Below, piece by piece: positions 33,116-46,710 of a DNA stretch of 64,000 bases (position 1 is its first letter; each line of letters starts with the position of its first letter). The position numbers and the translations under genes are program-made. The stretch spans positions 206,074 to 270,073 of the forward strand of contig NW_003314342.1 in the NCBI RefSeq assembly GCF_000143415.4. Direction: 5' to 3'. Origin of the DNA: Selaginella moellendorffii. Lineage: Eukaryota > Plantae > Lycopodiophyta. The notes under the pieces are model-generated. The model was not told the origin of the DNA. It did not search any database and saw nothing but the letters and a program-made list of their open reading frames with translations.

Positions 33116-33908
33116 ATGGTGAAGCTAGCAGCCCGTGTGATTTCTTCGCTGTTCTCGCGGGCTACTAGTGGGAGATGGAGGCTCAGTGCAAGTGTTGGGC
33201 GCTACTATCTCATGGGGAGGACGAGTCGGGGCTGGAATTCCACCGGGAGCTCTCGCTTGGCGGAGGCGAGAGGATTTCACTCGGCCGGGGCATGGTATGG
33301 AGCTCAAGAGGGCTCGAATGGCACTGCCACAGTCGACTATAGGTATGTAAGAACTCATCTATGATTCGATTTGCTGATTTCTTTCCTTCGTTCCAGCTCT
33401 CAATTGCCCGAGAAAGAGTTCCACAGTGTTGCAAACGAGACGCTCCACCGTTTGCAAGAGAAGATCGACGTAAGTGTGAGAATGCGAGCGGTGGAAAGAT
33501 CCATTCTAACTTTGTGTTGGGCGAACAGGAATACGGGGAGAAGCTCGCGATTGATGGCTTCGACACTGACTTCGCTGTAAGCTAAGCCGCTGCCTTGATC
33601 TTCTTTTCCTCCTAGCGCTGTGGTTCTTCTTTCCAGGAGGGAGTTCTCACTGTTCGTCTGGGTGATCTGGGAACTTATGTTATCAACAAGCAAACTCCAA
33701 ACCGGCAAATCTGGCTCTCATCTCCTGTGAGGTATGATCTTCCACTCGCATTTTTCGATCGATCTCATGGTTTTGGAACAGTGGCCCGGCGAGATTCGAC
33801 TGGCAGGATTCACAGTGGGTCTATCGACGCACGAAAGTGGAGCTCCAAAGCTTGCTAGAAAAGGAATTGAGTGAACTCTTGGGACACTCCATCGATCTGG
33901 GAGAATGA
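33116..33908 (+). CDS. FH: Frataxin, mitochondrial (5 exons)
   Basis: Arg/Ser-rich transit peptide, then [39 protein letters not shown]. Confidence 0.93.
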
Positions 33909-34201
33909 AAAGCTCCTTTAAGCCCTAACCCTAAAACCAGAGAGAGAAAGGTAACGGATAGTAGAAACCAGGTAACTGTTACTACGTTTGCGATTTGTCC
34001 GCCGGTAGGTTCTGGCGAGAGTGCACTGGGCAATAGCCTTATCCGCCGGTCCATTCAATGAGGAAGAGAATGTGGCTATGGCGATATTTGAGCTCCATTT
34101 GGCGGTGTCGCGGAGCTAGGGTTTTGTGCGGCAGCGAGGCTGGACGGATCGAGCGCTCGAAATCTTCAATCGACTGAGCATGCAGCGCGCTTTGATCTGG
34201 T

Positions 34202-37200
34202 ATGGATGATGCCGGAGCTCCGGATTCCTCTTGCATTGTAGATCGCGAGCAGGGAGGAATCGGTCAAGAGAATGGCGCGGCGGCAATGCAGGAGGAGCGA
34301 TCGGGCGGCGAACCAGCTACCGATGTTCCAGAGCTTCCAGAGATCGTCTTGACCAAGGCGCTGTGGCGGCAGATTAGGAGCTTGCAAGAGACCGAGAAAG
34401 AGGTACAAGAGAGGCTAGAGAGGCAGAGGGTCCAGCAGCTGGTCGACAAGGTAGAAGACGAGGTGGAGTATGAGGGAATTCTGGACGATGTGTGCTCGAG
34501 GATTAGAGCCGAGGAGGAGGCCATGGAGGTGGAGCGACGAGAGCGTGAGTGGGAGCTCGAGCGTAGAGAGGAAGAACTGGAAGAACAGGTGGAAGTGTTG
34601 AAGGATAGAGTTAAGAGATTGGAGGAAGAGCTTAGAATGGCACAGCTTGAAAGTACGCCGGCCGACGTGATGCAGAAGATGCTCTACGAGGGGGATGGAA
34701 ATCAAGCTCTGATGATCGAGAATGTGGTGCCGAAAGATATCGAAGTGCTCGATGGTGGTGGTGGTGGTGATGGCGATGGTGGTGACAAGCCGCTGCCAAA
34801 TCCCACCCACGACATCCTCGTCGCGTTTGAGGACATGCTCAAGGAGGCGGACGAGCGGCACGATCGAGAGAAGAAAGCTATGGAAGATACCATTCTCGAG
34901 AAAGAGAAGACCGAGAGAAAGTTTCGGCACGAGCGGTATGAATGGCGTGCTCGTCTCAAGCAGATGGAGAGCCAGATGCTGGCGATGGAGAAAGAGATTG
35001 GACGCGCTTCCGGACTGCTGAAGGAAAGAGATTCTGTCGTGGCGATGGAGAAGGAGCGGAGACTGGCCGCGGAGGAAGCGGCTGCAAAGTTTTCTAGTCT
35101 GCTCAAGGATGAAAGGTTGGCGCACAAATTTGCGACGGTAAAGCTCAAGAAGGTCGAGAGTTTTTTCAACAAGCTGAAGGACAGGATAGCGAGAGAGAAA
35201 GCTGGGAATGCCAGCAGTGCCTTCCTCACGGAACTTGAGAAAGAAGTTGGGAGGCTCTCGTCGATTTTCAGCGTGAAAAAAGACTTGCACAAGGCGATGG
35301 AAGGCGAGCAGTTTGAAGCGTTGAAGAAGCAGCGTGACGCAGCCGTGGCCGAGAGAGACAAGCTCGAAGAGAAACTTAACCGGTTGCTAAAGAGGTCTAG
35401 GGATCGAGAGGCAGAAATCGATGCGATGTGGCTTGAACGGGAGAAGTTACTTATCGAGAAGGTGACTTCACTGGAAGAGAGGACGGAACGGTATGAAGAG
35501 GATATTGCGTCGGAGAAAAGATCGCGGAGACAAAATGCCGGAGAGCACCGGAAGGATTGGGATAACGAAAAGAGTGCGCTGGAGGAAGCCGTTCGGGATA
35601 GAGAAAATGCTCTAAAAGCACAGAGAGAGGAGACTCAACGTCTTATAGAAGAGAAGGACCGAGAGCTTCATACGCTTAAAACGGTGCACCAACAGCTGCT
35701 GCGCGACCTTGCTCTGTATAAGAAGCACACGAAGCAGGACCTTGAAGAACGAACCGACTCTTCTCAGGATACCAGGCCGGAACAAAGTGTCGACCAAAGT
35801 GGCGATACAATGGCTGTGGACCTTGAGAGACATTCAGAAGGAGCTTCAAACAGATCGGACAGCGTGGGAACAGAGAAGGCGAGTTCCGAAAGAAGCGAGC
35901 TGGAAGAGAAAGTTATTGACACACTATCGCTGGTGGAGGAGCTGAAAAGCAAAATGAACGAGAAGGAAAGCCAAATGCAGTGGGAAAGAAAGCAAATGGA
36001 GACCATCGTAACCAACAGGACTGCTGAAGCCGAAAGCCTGAGGAGACAGCTCGAGTCAAAGGAGCTTGAGATGGAAACTCGGGTCGACAAATTCCGGAGC
36101 GAAATGCAGCTTATGGAACGGGAGCTTGAGAAGGAAAGACTGGAGAGAGAAAGTGTCCTTGCATCGAAGGGGAAGCTAGTGGCAGAGGTGCAGAAGAGAG
36201 TGAACGAGATGGTGCAAGAGCTGTCAAGTTTGAGGTTGGAGTTGCGCAAGAAAACGGAGGAGCTTGATTGCTTGAAAAGAGAGAAAAGGATGGAAGAAGC
36301 TCGCATTTCGAAGGTGCTTGTGGTCCAGAAAGAGCTCGAAGACGAAGTCTCAAGGTTGCAGCACGAGAACGCGGAGCTAAGTTTTGCAGTAGCAGCTCCA
36401 GAGAACGGCATGGACAGTGAACGAACAGGAGACACAAGCAGCAGTTCCGGTGACAAGAGACACGAAGAGTGGCAATTTGCTCTGGAGAAGGTTGCCGTAT
36501 TCGACAAGCAGATTAGCGAGGCAATGCTTGCGATACAAAACCTGCGGGAAGAGCTGTGCGTGAAGGAGGCTGAGCTACAAAAGGCCAGGAGTGAACCCGA
36601 ACTGGAGCTAGAAAGACGGGAAGAAGCGTGGACGCAAGAACGAGAACGCCAAGAGGCAATGTACGCACAGAAGGTGGAAACTTGGAGGAGAACGGAGCAG
36701 AAAATTCTGGCCGAGAAGACGGAGCTGCTAAAGGTGCTAGAGACGGAGCGCTCTGAGAGCTCCGATGCGATCGCGCTCTTAAACGGGACCATCAGAGAAC
36801 TGCAGTGGACTTTGATGAGGAAAGCTCCGGGCGAGAGCGTGGATCACTTGTTCAAGAGCACGCCAAAAGGTGAAATGGTTAAAGTTCACGCTTCTCACTT
36901 GAACGAGGTGGATCAGTACATATATGAGCTGAAAGGCAAGGTGGTGGAGCTGGAGAGATCGAAAGTGAAGAAGCCAACGAGAGAGGAAGAGCTGGACGAA
37001 GCCTTGCTTCATGTGGAGAAGGAGATGCTGAGCGTTTCTCCGGATAGGAGGTCTAGGCTGATCAAATATGGTTCTCCGCCGTCAGTGCGACCGCGAGCAG
37101 TCGAGAGAAGCCTCACGAGCTTGATGCTCCAACCGGGAACTTCGAGTGATCGATCATGGAATCCTCTAAGGTACTCGAAACTTTTTTCTTTCTGTTTTCT

Positions 37201-37726
37201 ATTCTCACTGTTGGAGATTTTAGCTGCGTGTCCAGGGATAACACGATCGAGGACCGATGGACTCATGAATTGCCGGCTCCGGAAGCTCTTTCTCTGGCAG
37301 TACCACCGCGGCAGCAGAAAAAATGGATAGTTGACACTTCCTGGCTCGATCAAGTGCGAAAGGTACACAAACTTTGGCAGCACTTCATGCGAAGCTTACA
37401 TACTCTTGACAGGAGCACTCGTTTCTAACACAACAGCTTGCTTTAGAGCGTCAGAGACTCGCAGCTCTTGGCCAGGTGATTGAATTGACGCTCGTAGATT
37501 TTGATGCTAGCTGCAACGATGCTCGTCTACACAGGTCGAAGCTGAGAATCACTGGATGGAGGCGATGATGCTGAGAGCCTTGGAGCAAAAGAAAGAATGC
37601 GAGCACAAGCTTTCACAGCTTCAAGACAAGGTCAGTGCAGTGAGATCTTAGATTTCCAAGCTCAAGGAGCTTTGTCTGCGTTGGTTCTTCCAGATTTCTC
37701 CTTGGAGCCAGAAAAGAGCGAGCTAG
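34202..37726 (+). CDS. Long Glu/Lys/Arg-rich coiled-coil protein of unknown function
   Basis: First exon of about 990 codons with heptad composition, then several short GT-AG spliced exons ending ISPWSQKRAS*. The 3' structure is inferred. Confidence 0.7.
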
Positions 37727-37881
37727 AATCTCTGGGAAGGTCGAGGAATTTTTTTCTTCCTTTAAATGCGTAGAATATTCTCTCTTCCTTACGTGGCTTC
37801 CAAGTTTTAGGGTTTATGGCGTTAGGGTGTGGTGCTACACGAGCTCCGTGATCGACACCGCGACTCTAGGTCGCATTGACG

Positions 37882-40850
37882 ATGTTGCGTAGTGTTGACC
37901 AGCGCAGGCTTGCGAGGAGATTCGTCGTGCCTCGGCTGCATTCTTTCCATTCCTTTTCTTTCCTCCATCAGAATGCTCCTGCAGGAGAAGCCGCGACGCC
38001 GAGCTTCGCCCCCGATCATGCGCTCCAGGATCGCAAGGCCGCGGCATTTCGAGGATTGGGGCCTTTTGGCGTCGTCCAAGGATTGGCGGAGGAGAAATTT
38101 CAGGCCAGCGCTGGAGCGAAATCCAGGTTTCTGTCTAGCTCCACCAGGTTTCCTTGCGCGCCATCGCGCTCGTCGGCAGTCCAGGTCGATGAGGACGAGC
38201 CGGAAGAAAAGCCGGCCAAGCACGATCCATCTCCGGAGGAATGCGACCAGGCAGTGGAAGGATTGAGCTCCGCCAAGGCCAAAGCGCTCACCAAAGAAGC
38301 TCCAAAGAAAGTTAGCGTTGTGACAAGGGTGTGGAACGCTCTGATCGGGATTGGACCAGCGCTCAGGGCCATCGCTTCTATGAGCAGGCTAGTATTTCCT
38401 TCTTCTCTTCCAGGCAGAAAAATCGAACACTCGTTTTTTAATTTTTAATTTTTTTTTCTTGTAGAGCGGACTGGGCTGTGAAGATCAAAGGGTGGTCGAA
38501 GTCTCTCAAGGAAACTCTGCAGCACTACTGGCTCGGGACAAAGCTCCTGTGGGTTGACGTGAGGATCTCGTCGCGGCTTTTGTTAAAGCTTCTCCGGGGA
38601 CAGACTTTGTCTCGCCGCGAGAGGAAGCAGCTGACGCGAACAGCGGCCGACATTTTCAGATTGGTCCCGTTTGCGGTGTTCATCATCGTCCCTTTTATGG
38701 AGTTCCTTCTCCCGGTGTTTCTCAAAGTCTTTCCCAACATGCTGCCATCGACGTTTCAAGACAAGATGAAAGAACAGGTAAGCTGTTTGCTACCTTCTAG
38801 GATCACGTACAACGATCTTTGTTTCCTTGCTGTAGGAGAAGCTGAAGAAGAGGCTGAATGCACGCATGGAGTACGCGAGGTTCTTACAGGAGACAGTGGA
38901 GGAAATGGCCAAGGAGGTAAAGACAAAGAGTAACAGCAGCGACGTCCAACGGACTGCCGAGGACTTGACTGAGTTCTTAGTGAAAGTAAGTCCCGCAACA
39001 TGCTTTGCAACCAGCTTTACTCGTATGTTTGGCTACTTTTCTAGGTTCGAACTGGTAGGAGAGTCAGCAACGAGGACATACTTGCATTCGCAAAGTTTTT
39101 CAACGACGAGCTGACACTTGATAACATCTCCAGGTTTGCCTCGAGTATGAACAAATGATAACATTCTTTTTGTTTTCTACTACTACTACAGGCCCCGGCT
39201 TTTAAACATGTGCAAATACATGGGAATTCAGGCGTATGGAACTGACGCGTACTTGCGGTACAGCCTTCGTCAAAAGTTGGCCCGGTAAGTTTACTTGCTA
39301 CTTATCTATTCGTTTTCAAGAGCTCTAAACGTCCGAGATTTATAGTATCAAAGCCGATGATATAATGATTCAAACCGAAGGCATAGATTCTCTATCAGAA
39401 CCAGAGCTGGTGTCAGCGTGTAGAGAACGAGGAATACTTGAAATCACTTCTGTTGACGAGCTAAAACAACAGGTATGCTGGTTTTAGGGAATACCTTGTC
39501 AGGCTCAATCAATGTTTCTGGCAGCTACGCAACTGGCTCGATCTGTCTTTGAACCATGCTCTTCCCTCTTCACTGCTTATTCTCTCGAGGTTGGTTGCCG
39601 TTGTTCTAGTGCTGCTTTAATCTAACCTGAGCTTTTGTTAATTTTTTTTCCAAGGGCGTTCCTCTCTGGCAACCTGAAGCTCGAAGAGGCAGTCCAGGCA
39701 ACGCTGCTTTCTTTGCCTGATGAGGTCGTGGAATCCGTCGGTGTGACGGTCCTTCCGAGCGAAGATGCTCTGGAAGAGCGGCTACGAAAGATAGAGTACC
39801 TGCAATCGCAGGAGGAGTTTATCAAGGCATGCAGAGTTTATATTCCTCTTGTTTCCTGACTGGACTCATGTTTTGTCGAAGCAGGAAGAGGCAGAAGACG
39901 AGGAAGAAGAACTGGAGAGACGACGCAAGCAAGAGGCAGCTGAACAAGTTGACAAGGCACTATCAGAGATGAAGGTGTCTACTGCGCAGGAGGCTGTAGA
40001 GCTAGCAAGGGAGAAGCGAAAAGAGCAACAGGACAGACTGTGCAAGCTCAGTAGCGCACTTGCTGTCCTGGCCTCGGCATCCTCTGTCAGCAAGGAAAGG
40101 GGAGAGTTCCTCCGGCTTGTCAACAAAGAGGTACGACAGTGTTTGTGCTACGCTTGACTAAGCTGCGCGTTTTCCAGATTGGAATCTACAATAGCATGCT
40201 GGAGGACACAGGCGCGGAAGAGGCGAAAAAGGCATATCAGGCCGCAAGAATGAAGGACAAAGAGGAGGACAAAGACGACGCGTCTGCTGGCACGAAGATC
40301 TCACAGGCCTTGATTTCGAAGGTGGAGAAATGCTTTTCACATCCATGTTTGACTGACAAGAGAGAGCCTTTCGTTTGTTTCCAGGTTGACAGAATGCTCC
40401 ATAAGCTGGAGAAGGAGATTGACGCTGTGGATGCCGAGATTGGAGACAAATGGAGAATCCTGGACAGGTTTGGTTTCGATTCACTCGTCCTCGATGGATT
40501 GTTTTCTCACATTTGATCACTTCAGAGACTCGGATGGTAAAGTCACAGCCGAGGAGGTGGCCGCGGCGGCGATGTTCCTGAAAGACACCCTGGGCCACGA
40601 GCCTGTCCAAGAGCTCGTTAGCAAGCTCGCGAAAGATCCGGGTAAGCTTTTGTGGAAAAAGCAAACTCTCGCGTTTCGTGCTAAGTTTTCTCGGTTTTCT
40701 CCAGAGGGAAAAATTCTAGTGGAGGACATTGTGAAGCTTGGCACCACGGCGGACTCGGAAGTTCTAGCGGATGAGTTGAATGAAAGCGCGAAAAAGAAGA
40801 AGCAGAAGCAGCAGCAGGAGCAGCAGCAGCAGCAGCAGCAAAAGAGCTGA
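37882..40850 (+). CDS. LETM1: LETM1-like mitochondrial inner-membrane protein with EF-hand
   Basis: HYWLGTKLLWVD, LSRRERKQLTRTAADIFRLVPF, FPNMLPSTF, LTLDNISRPRL, EF-hand DRDSDGKVT and a poly-Q tail; multi-exon. Confidence 0.92.
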
Positions 40851-41004
40851 AAAATTTTTGATCCGAGAAGTTCTAAATTTTTTCTTTTTCTTCTTTCCTC
40901 CAGAGTGAGAAAGAACGAACCGAGTGAGCTCGTTGTGTATAAAATGGAGAAGAGATATTGTTACCTATAGCCACATTTTTAGGTCTAAGATTTTGGGTTT
41001 CGCG

Positions 41005-41944
41005 ATGGACCGCGGTCCCTCCGGAGCCAACGAGATCGTCGCGATCCTCCAGAGAGCGCGCAGATTGATCAGCGAGGGGAATCCGGGCCTCGCGCTGCAA
41101 GCGGTGAGTGATTTCTTCGCGCATTGTATCGTTTCCTTGCTGCTGGCTTGCCCTAAGCGATTGTCAGTGTCGCTCGTTCTTTTGGCTACTTTGGAGTTTG
41201 TAGCTCGGCAACTATGAACAGTTTTCGTTTCATCCTTTCTTTGGTTCTCTGGTGGTCTGACTGTTTTCTCCTAGATTGTTTGTTTGCGTTCCATAGTTTT
41301 TTTCCGAGGATTGATTGCCGCAACCTGTGAAAATCTCTCTAGGTGGTGTTTTTTCCAAGGATTGCTTGCCGACACAACTTTGAGAGCTTTTCTAACATCT
41401 GTGGAAATCGCTCTAGGTGGTGACTGCGTTAAGGATCTCCGCAGGCGAGGCAGAAATAGTCCCGGCCTTGAGACGAGCACACGAAGAGTACCTCAGCCAA
41501 GCCAAAGCCGCCGCGGTTGCCAGCGATCTCTCAGCGTTGTTTGCCGAGGCTTGCGCCATTGCGGAAGAAGCCTCTCAAAAATCCCGCAACAGCAGCGATC
41601 AGGCGGCCACCACCTCGACGCCGACTTTGGCACCCACGGCAGCGGGCATGGACTTTGCGATGACGGAGAATGGATCATCCTCGTCGTCGTCCCAGGATCA
41701 TCACTCCCACTCCGCGCCGGACCTCGTCCCGATCCTCGCCGAGAGTGGAAGGATGCAAGTGGTGGTGGACGCGTCGGCCGATGGAAGCAGCTTTGTGTGC
41801 CGCGACTGCGGTGGATTGGTGAGCAGCGCTCGACGAGACGAGCATTTTGCGTTTTGGTGCAGCAGCCTAGAGCCAGGATCCAAGCGATTTGGATCTGGCA
41901 GCAACGATCACAACGACGAGAACGAGAACTATATGCATTGCTGA
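41005..41944 (+). CDS. Plant protein with C-terminal C2HC-type zinc finger
   Basis: Exon 41005-41103 joined in frame to 41417-41944; ILAESGRMQVVVDASADGSSFVCRDCGGLVSSARRDEHFAFWC. Confidence 0.8.
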
Positions 41945-44914
41945 TGGTTTCTTGTCCATCCAGAGGCTATAAACGATAAACAGCTCAACGCTCTCTCTCT
42001 CGGAGAATGAGAACTACATGCATTGCGACGGCTGCTAAGAAATTATAAACGAAGCTTTAAAAATCGTCAGTATGTCTGTCTGAAATGGTAATTTATTATA
42101 ATCGCTAGTACGTTATTAATTTTTAACTGAAAACTAAAACTATGTTAAATTTAAATTCAAGAAATTAAAAACTTAAGCTTGAGATTAAGAGAAATTTAAT
42201 TTCTATAAATATAATTTTTAATACATTATATTATACATATCAATTAGCCCAAAAGCCCTAGTTTATATACAAGAGTGAATAGAAACTAATTTGACAACTA
42301 CTAAAATCCCACTACGCTAATATTAGTATATGGCATTGTAGTTGTACACTTGAATCTCATAAAACCATAAATTTTTATATTATATAAAAAAGATTTTCTA
42401 TATTCCCTTTCTATATTCTATGCACTCACATTAGTGGAGTTAAGGGGCATTGTTAATTGTTTTTGAAGAGTGCTTGGATTTGGGATTTTGGTTTAAATCT
42501 AGCTTTTACCATTTCCTTTCTTTGTTCTTTCTTTTCAGGATTTTAATTTAAATTTAGTTTTTGCATTATTTAATCTCCATTCCCTTCTAACTTTTTTCAT
42601 TTCTTTTCTTTTACTCTTTCCTTTTTATTTATCTTCATGGTAAAGAAATAGTCTCCTCCTCCTTTGACTATGGAGTAGCAATTGGTGCAATTACTTGATG
42701 CTATGCATTTGTAATTTAATAACTAAACTTAGTTGATGGTGGCATTCACGGCACGTGGTACAGCTCCTCTTACTTTTTGTGCCAATCCTCGCGTTCCACT
42801 AAAGTTCTTTCGTGGGAATCCTGAGGATGATGTATACCATTGGTTCGATCACTTCACAATGATTGCCACATATCATTTTTGGGATGATGCTCGATATTCG
42901 TGTAAGTTTCCCATGTGTCTCCAAGGGACGGCATTGTAGTGGTACAATGGTTTGAATGCAGCCACTTGTGGGGATTGGAGTGTTCTCCCAGATGTCTTCA
43001 AATGCGCATTTGAACATGCTGATGATTGTGATGATGCTTTCCAAAAATTGCATCATCTTCGTCAAAGGCTATCTAAGTCAGTGATGCAATTTGGCGTTTG
43101 TTTCCGAAGCCTCTTGCTTCATGCAGAGCCAAATATGTCAGAGCGGATCAAACTAGGAATGTTGTGGCTAACACTTCATCAAGATCTTGTCGAACTTGTG
43201 CATGCACTTGCTTTAGCCACTCTTGACGATGCTTTTCACTTTGCATAATGTTATGAGACATCGCCCCTTCCACTTCTCATTACACCTCCTTCAACTTCAC
43301 TTCTTGTGGGCAATGGTCCTGTTCTAATGGAGGTTGATGTTACTGTGACTCGAGTCCAAGGACAAGGGCAAGGATATAGTCGTGGCTGTGACATTCACTG
43401 CTGGGCATGTGATGAAATTGGTCACACTTATCGGCATTGTCGGCATTTTCTGGATTGGCAACCTTCATTTCTTAGGTGGAGACCTTAGCATCAACAATGT
43501 ATTATTAGTGATGCTGCAGTGGAAGGTCTCGACATCGAGATGCATTCGGGAAATGAGGAGTCACGTGAGTAATAGAGGGACTTTGTGCGAATAAATGAGT
43601 GACCCTTCCATCTTTTGTTCGGGAGTATCATTAAGGGGTTCACTCGGCACTAGTTCATCTAATGTTTACTTTCCAAACTCATTTTTATAATAAGAAGTCT
43701 CCTATTATTCTCTCCATGTTGGTTGATACAGGTTTGACTTTATCTTCTATTGCTTGACCTATTGCCATATATTGTTGTTTACACTTGCGTCATATGGCAG
43801 AGCCAATTTTCATTCTTTATGGCAACAACTGTACACATGCATGTGCGCGGGATGAGGCAGATCTAGTTATGCATGTCGGCAATCTCAAGCTTGAGTTATA
43901 ATCATTGTGGGTGGTGCTAAGTCAAGCTTTTGACCTCATTCTTGGTATGGATTGGTTGCAACGCAATTATGCCAAGTGTGACTTTGAGGCTTCTCCTCCT
44001 TGTCTGATACTTCCTTATATTTCATCCATTTTTCTCACTTCCGTACCTCTTCATCCCTTTGCTTCTACCTCTGCTTCTATTACTTTTGTCTCCCTATTAG
44101 TTCCTCCTATGTTTTCATTTTGTTCTACTCTTCCCTTTCAGATCCTTTCAACAGTCTTTGTGTTGTAGCGGTTGACCGGCTTATGAAAGAGTATGCTGAT
44201 CTCTTTGAATTTAACTTGTCATTTGAGGGCCAAGATTGCCACATATCATCTGATTCCAATTAGGGATGCTCGTCCAATCAAAGTTCTTATTCGTCATCGG
44301 TCACCTAAAGAGATCAAGATTTTAAGTGCAAATGTCAAAGAGATGTTGGAAAATGGTGTTATTTGAAAGTTGCGGAGTCCTTGGGCATGTGAACCTCATC
44401 TTCTGATGAAGTCTAATGGGAGTATTAATATCTATATTGACTATTGTTTGTTAAACAAAGTGACGATCTTGGATGTATACCCTCTTTCTCACATTGTTGA
44501 TCTTTTAGATCGTCTGGGGAGAAGTCATCGGTTCACCAAACTAAATCTTGCTTCTAGGTACTGGTAAGTGTTGATGGCTAAAGAAGATATTCCTAAGACT
44601 ACTTTTCGTACACTGTTTGGTTTGTACGAGTTCTTGGTGATGCCCTTTGGTTTAAACAATGCTCTAGCAACTTTCTGGTGGATGATGGATGAGGTTCTTT
44701 GTGATATGCCAGAGGTGACTATTGATTGATGATGTCTTGATCCACTCGAAAGGGACGTAGGAGAAACACGTCTATGATGTTTGTAAAGTGTTGGATCAGC
44801 AACGGGATATTGATTTAAAGTTGAAGCGGTCGAAGTATGGATTTAGGTCTCAAGACATGCTTTATCTTGGGTACCATATTTCTCGTGATGTTTACAAGTG
44901 ATCATACAACTTGT

Positions 44915-45708
44915 NNNNNNNNNNNNNNNNNNNNNNNNNNNNNNNNNNNNNNNNNNNNNNNNNNNNNNNNNNNNNNNNNNNNNNNNNNNNNNNNNNNNNN
45001 NNNNNNNNNNNNNNNNNNNNNNNNNNNNNNNNNNNNNNNNNNNNNNNNNNNNNNNNNNNNNNNNNNNNNNNNNNNNNNNNNNNNNNNNNNNNNNNNNNNN
45101 NNNNNNNNNNNNNNNNNNNNNNNNNNNNNNNNNNNNNNNNNNNNNNNNNNNNNNNNNNNNNNNNNNNNNNNNNNNNNNNNNNNNNNNNNNNNNNNNNNNN
45201 NNNNNNNNNNNNNNNNNNNNNNNNNNNNNNNNNNNNNNNNNNNNNNNNNNNNNNNNNNNNNNNNNNNNNNNNNNNNNNNNNNNNNNNNNNNNNNNNNNNN
45301 NNNNNNNNNNNNNNNNNNNNNNNNNNNNNNNNNNNNNNNNNNNNNNNNNNNNNNNNNNNNNNNNNNNNNNNNNNNNNNNNNNNNNNNNNNNNNNNNNNNN
45401 NNNNNNNNNNNNNNNNNNNNNNNNNNNNNNNNNNNNNNNNNNNNNNNNNNNNNNNNNNNNNNNNNNNNNNNNNNNNNNNNNNNNNNNNNNNNNNNNNNNN
45501 NNNNNNNNNNNNNNNNNNNNNNNNNNNNNNNNNNNNNNNNNNNNNNNNNNNNNNNNNNNNNNNNNNNNNNNNNNNNNNNNNNNNNNNNNNNNNNNNNNNN
45601 NNNNNNNNNNNNNNNNNNNNNNNNNNNNNNNNNNNNNNNNNNNNNNNNNNNNNNNNNNNNNNNNNNNNNNNNNNNNNNNNNNNNNNNNNNNNNNNNNNNN
45701 NNNNNNNN
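44915..45708. other. Assembly gap (N run)
   Basis: 794 N bases inside the RT region. Confidence 1.
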
Positions 45709-46444
45709 GGGATCATCTTTCTATCACACTACACCATTGCGAGCATTACTAAAGTTATTAACATCGTCTTTCACTTGGTCTTTGGACTGTGAGCGAGCGT
45801 TCATGAATCTCAAAGAGCTATTGACGACTCCTCCGGTTTTAGTGTATCCTAACTACACTTGGTTTTTCATTTTGCACGTGGATGCTTCTGATATTGGTTT
45901 TGCAAATTTGTTGATGGAAGAGAGCTCAAGTGTGGCTGATTAGTGCTATCCTATTGCATACATCAACCGTACATTACAACCGGTGGAAGTGAACTACTCC
46001 ACGACAGAGGAGTGCTTAGCAGTAGTTTAGGGTTTCGAGAAACTTCATGCATATCTATATGGTTCTCGAATGTTACTACAAAGTGATCATGCTGCCATTA
46101 CTTCATTATTAAAGCGGAAGAACCTAGTTGGTTATACTACTCAATGGGCTTTGAAGTTTCAAATATATGATTTTGATACTATTCATCGCTTGGGGAATTT
46201 TAAGGCTAATGTTGATGCTATTTCTTAAGCTCCTCTTCCTTCTTTGCTCTCTTCTCATGTTTATGATGAGCTTGTTGTTCCAGCATCTGTGGATTTTCTA
46301 GATGAAGATTCTGTGCCATCAGTGGTTACTGTACTTGATATTTAGTGTCCACAAGGTGCAGAGCAAGATTTACCTTCTCTTGATGAGGTTTGTGAGGCTC
46401 AAAAGATTGAGTTGTGGATTCAAAGGATTCGAGAAGGACCCAAG

Positions 46445-46710
46445 AAGGAGTTCGAGATAGAGTCTGAGGTGGAGTCTGAGATGGAGTCTGAGGTGGATCT
46501 GAGATGGAGTCCGAGATGGACCTGAGTGGAGCCCGAGATGGACTCGAGATGGAGCCCAAAATGGAATTGAGATCGAGACTGAGATCGAGACCAAGACTGA
46601 GACTGAGACTGTGAGACCGAGACTGAGATCGAGACCAAGACTGAGACCGAGACCGAGATCGAGATCAAGTCCGAGTCCAAAACTGGGACCAAGATCGAGT
46701 CTGAGTCCAA
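46445..46710. repeat. Degenerate 6/12-bp tandem repeat (GAGATGGAGTCT then GAGACTGAGATC)
   Basis: Visible periodic GAGAYY units within an insertion between RNase H and integrase. Confidence 0.8.

Noticed and set aside
44837-45943. Long ORFs of 270-370 aa
   Set aside because: Artefacts of the N gap.
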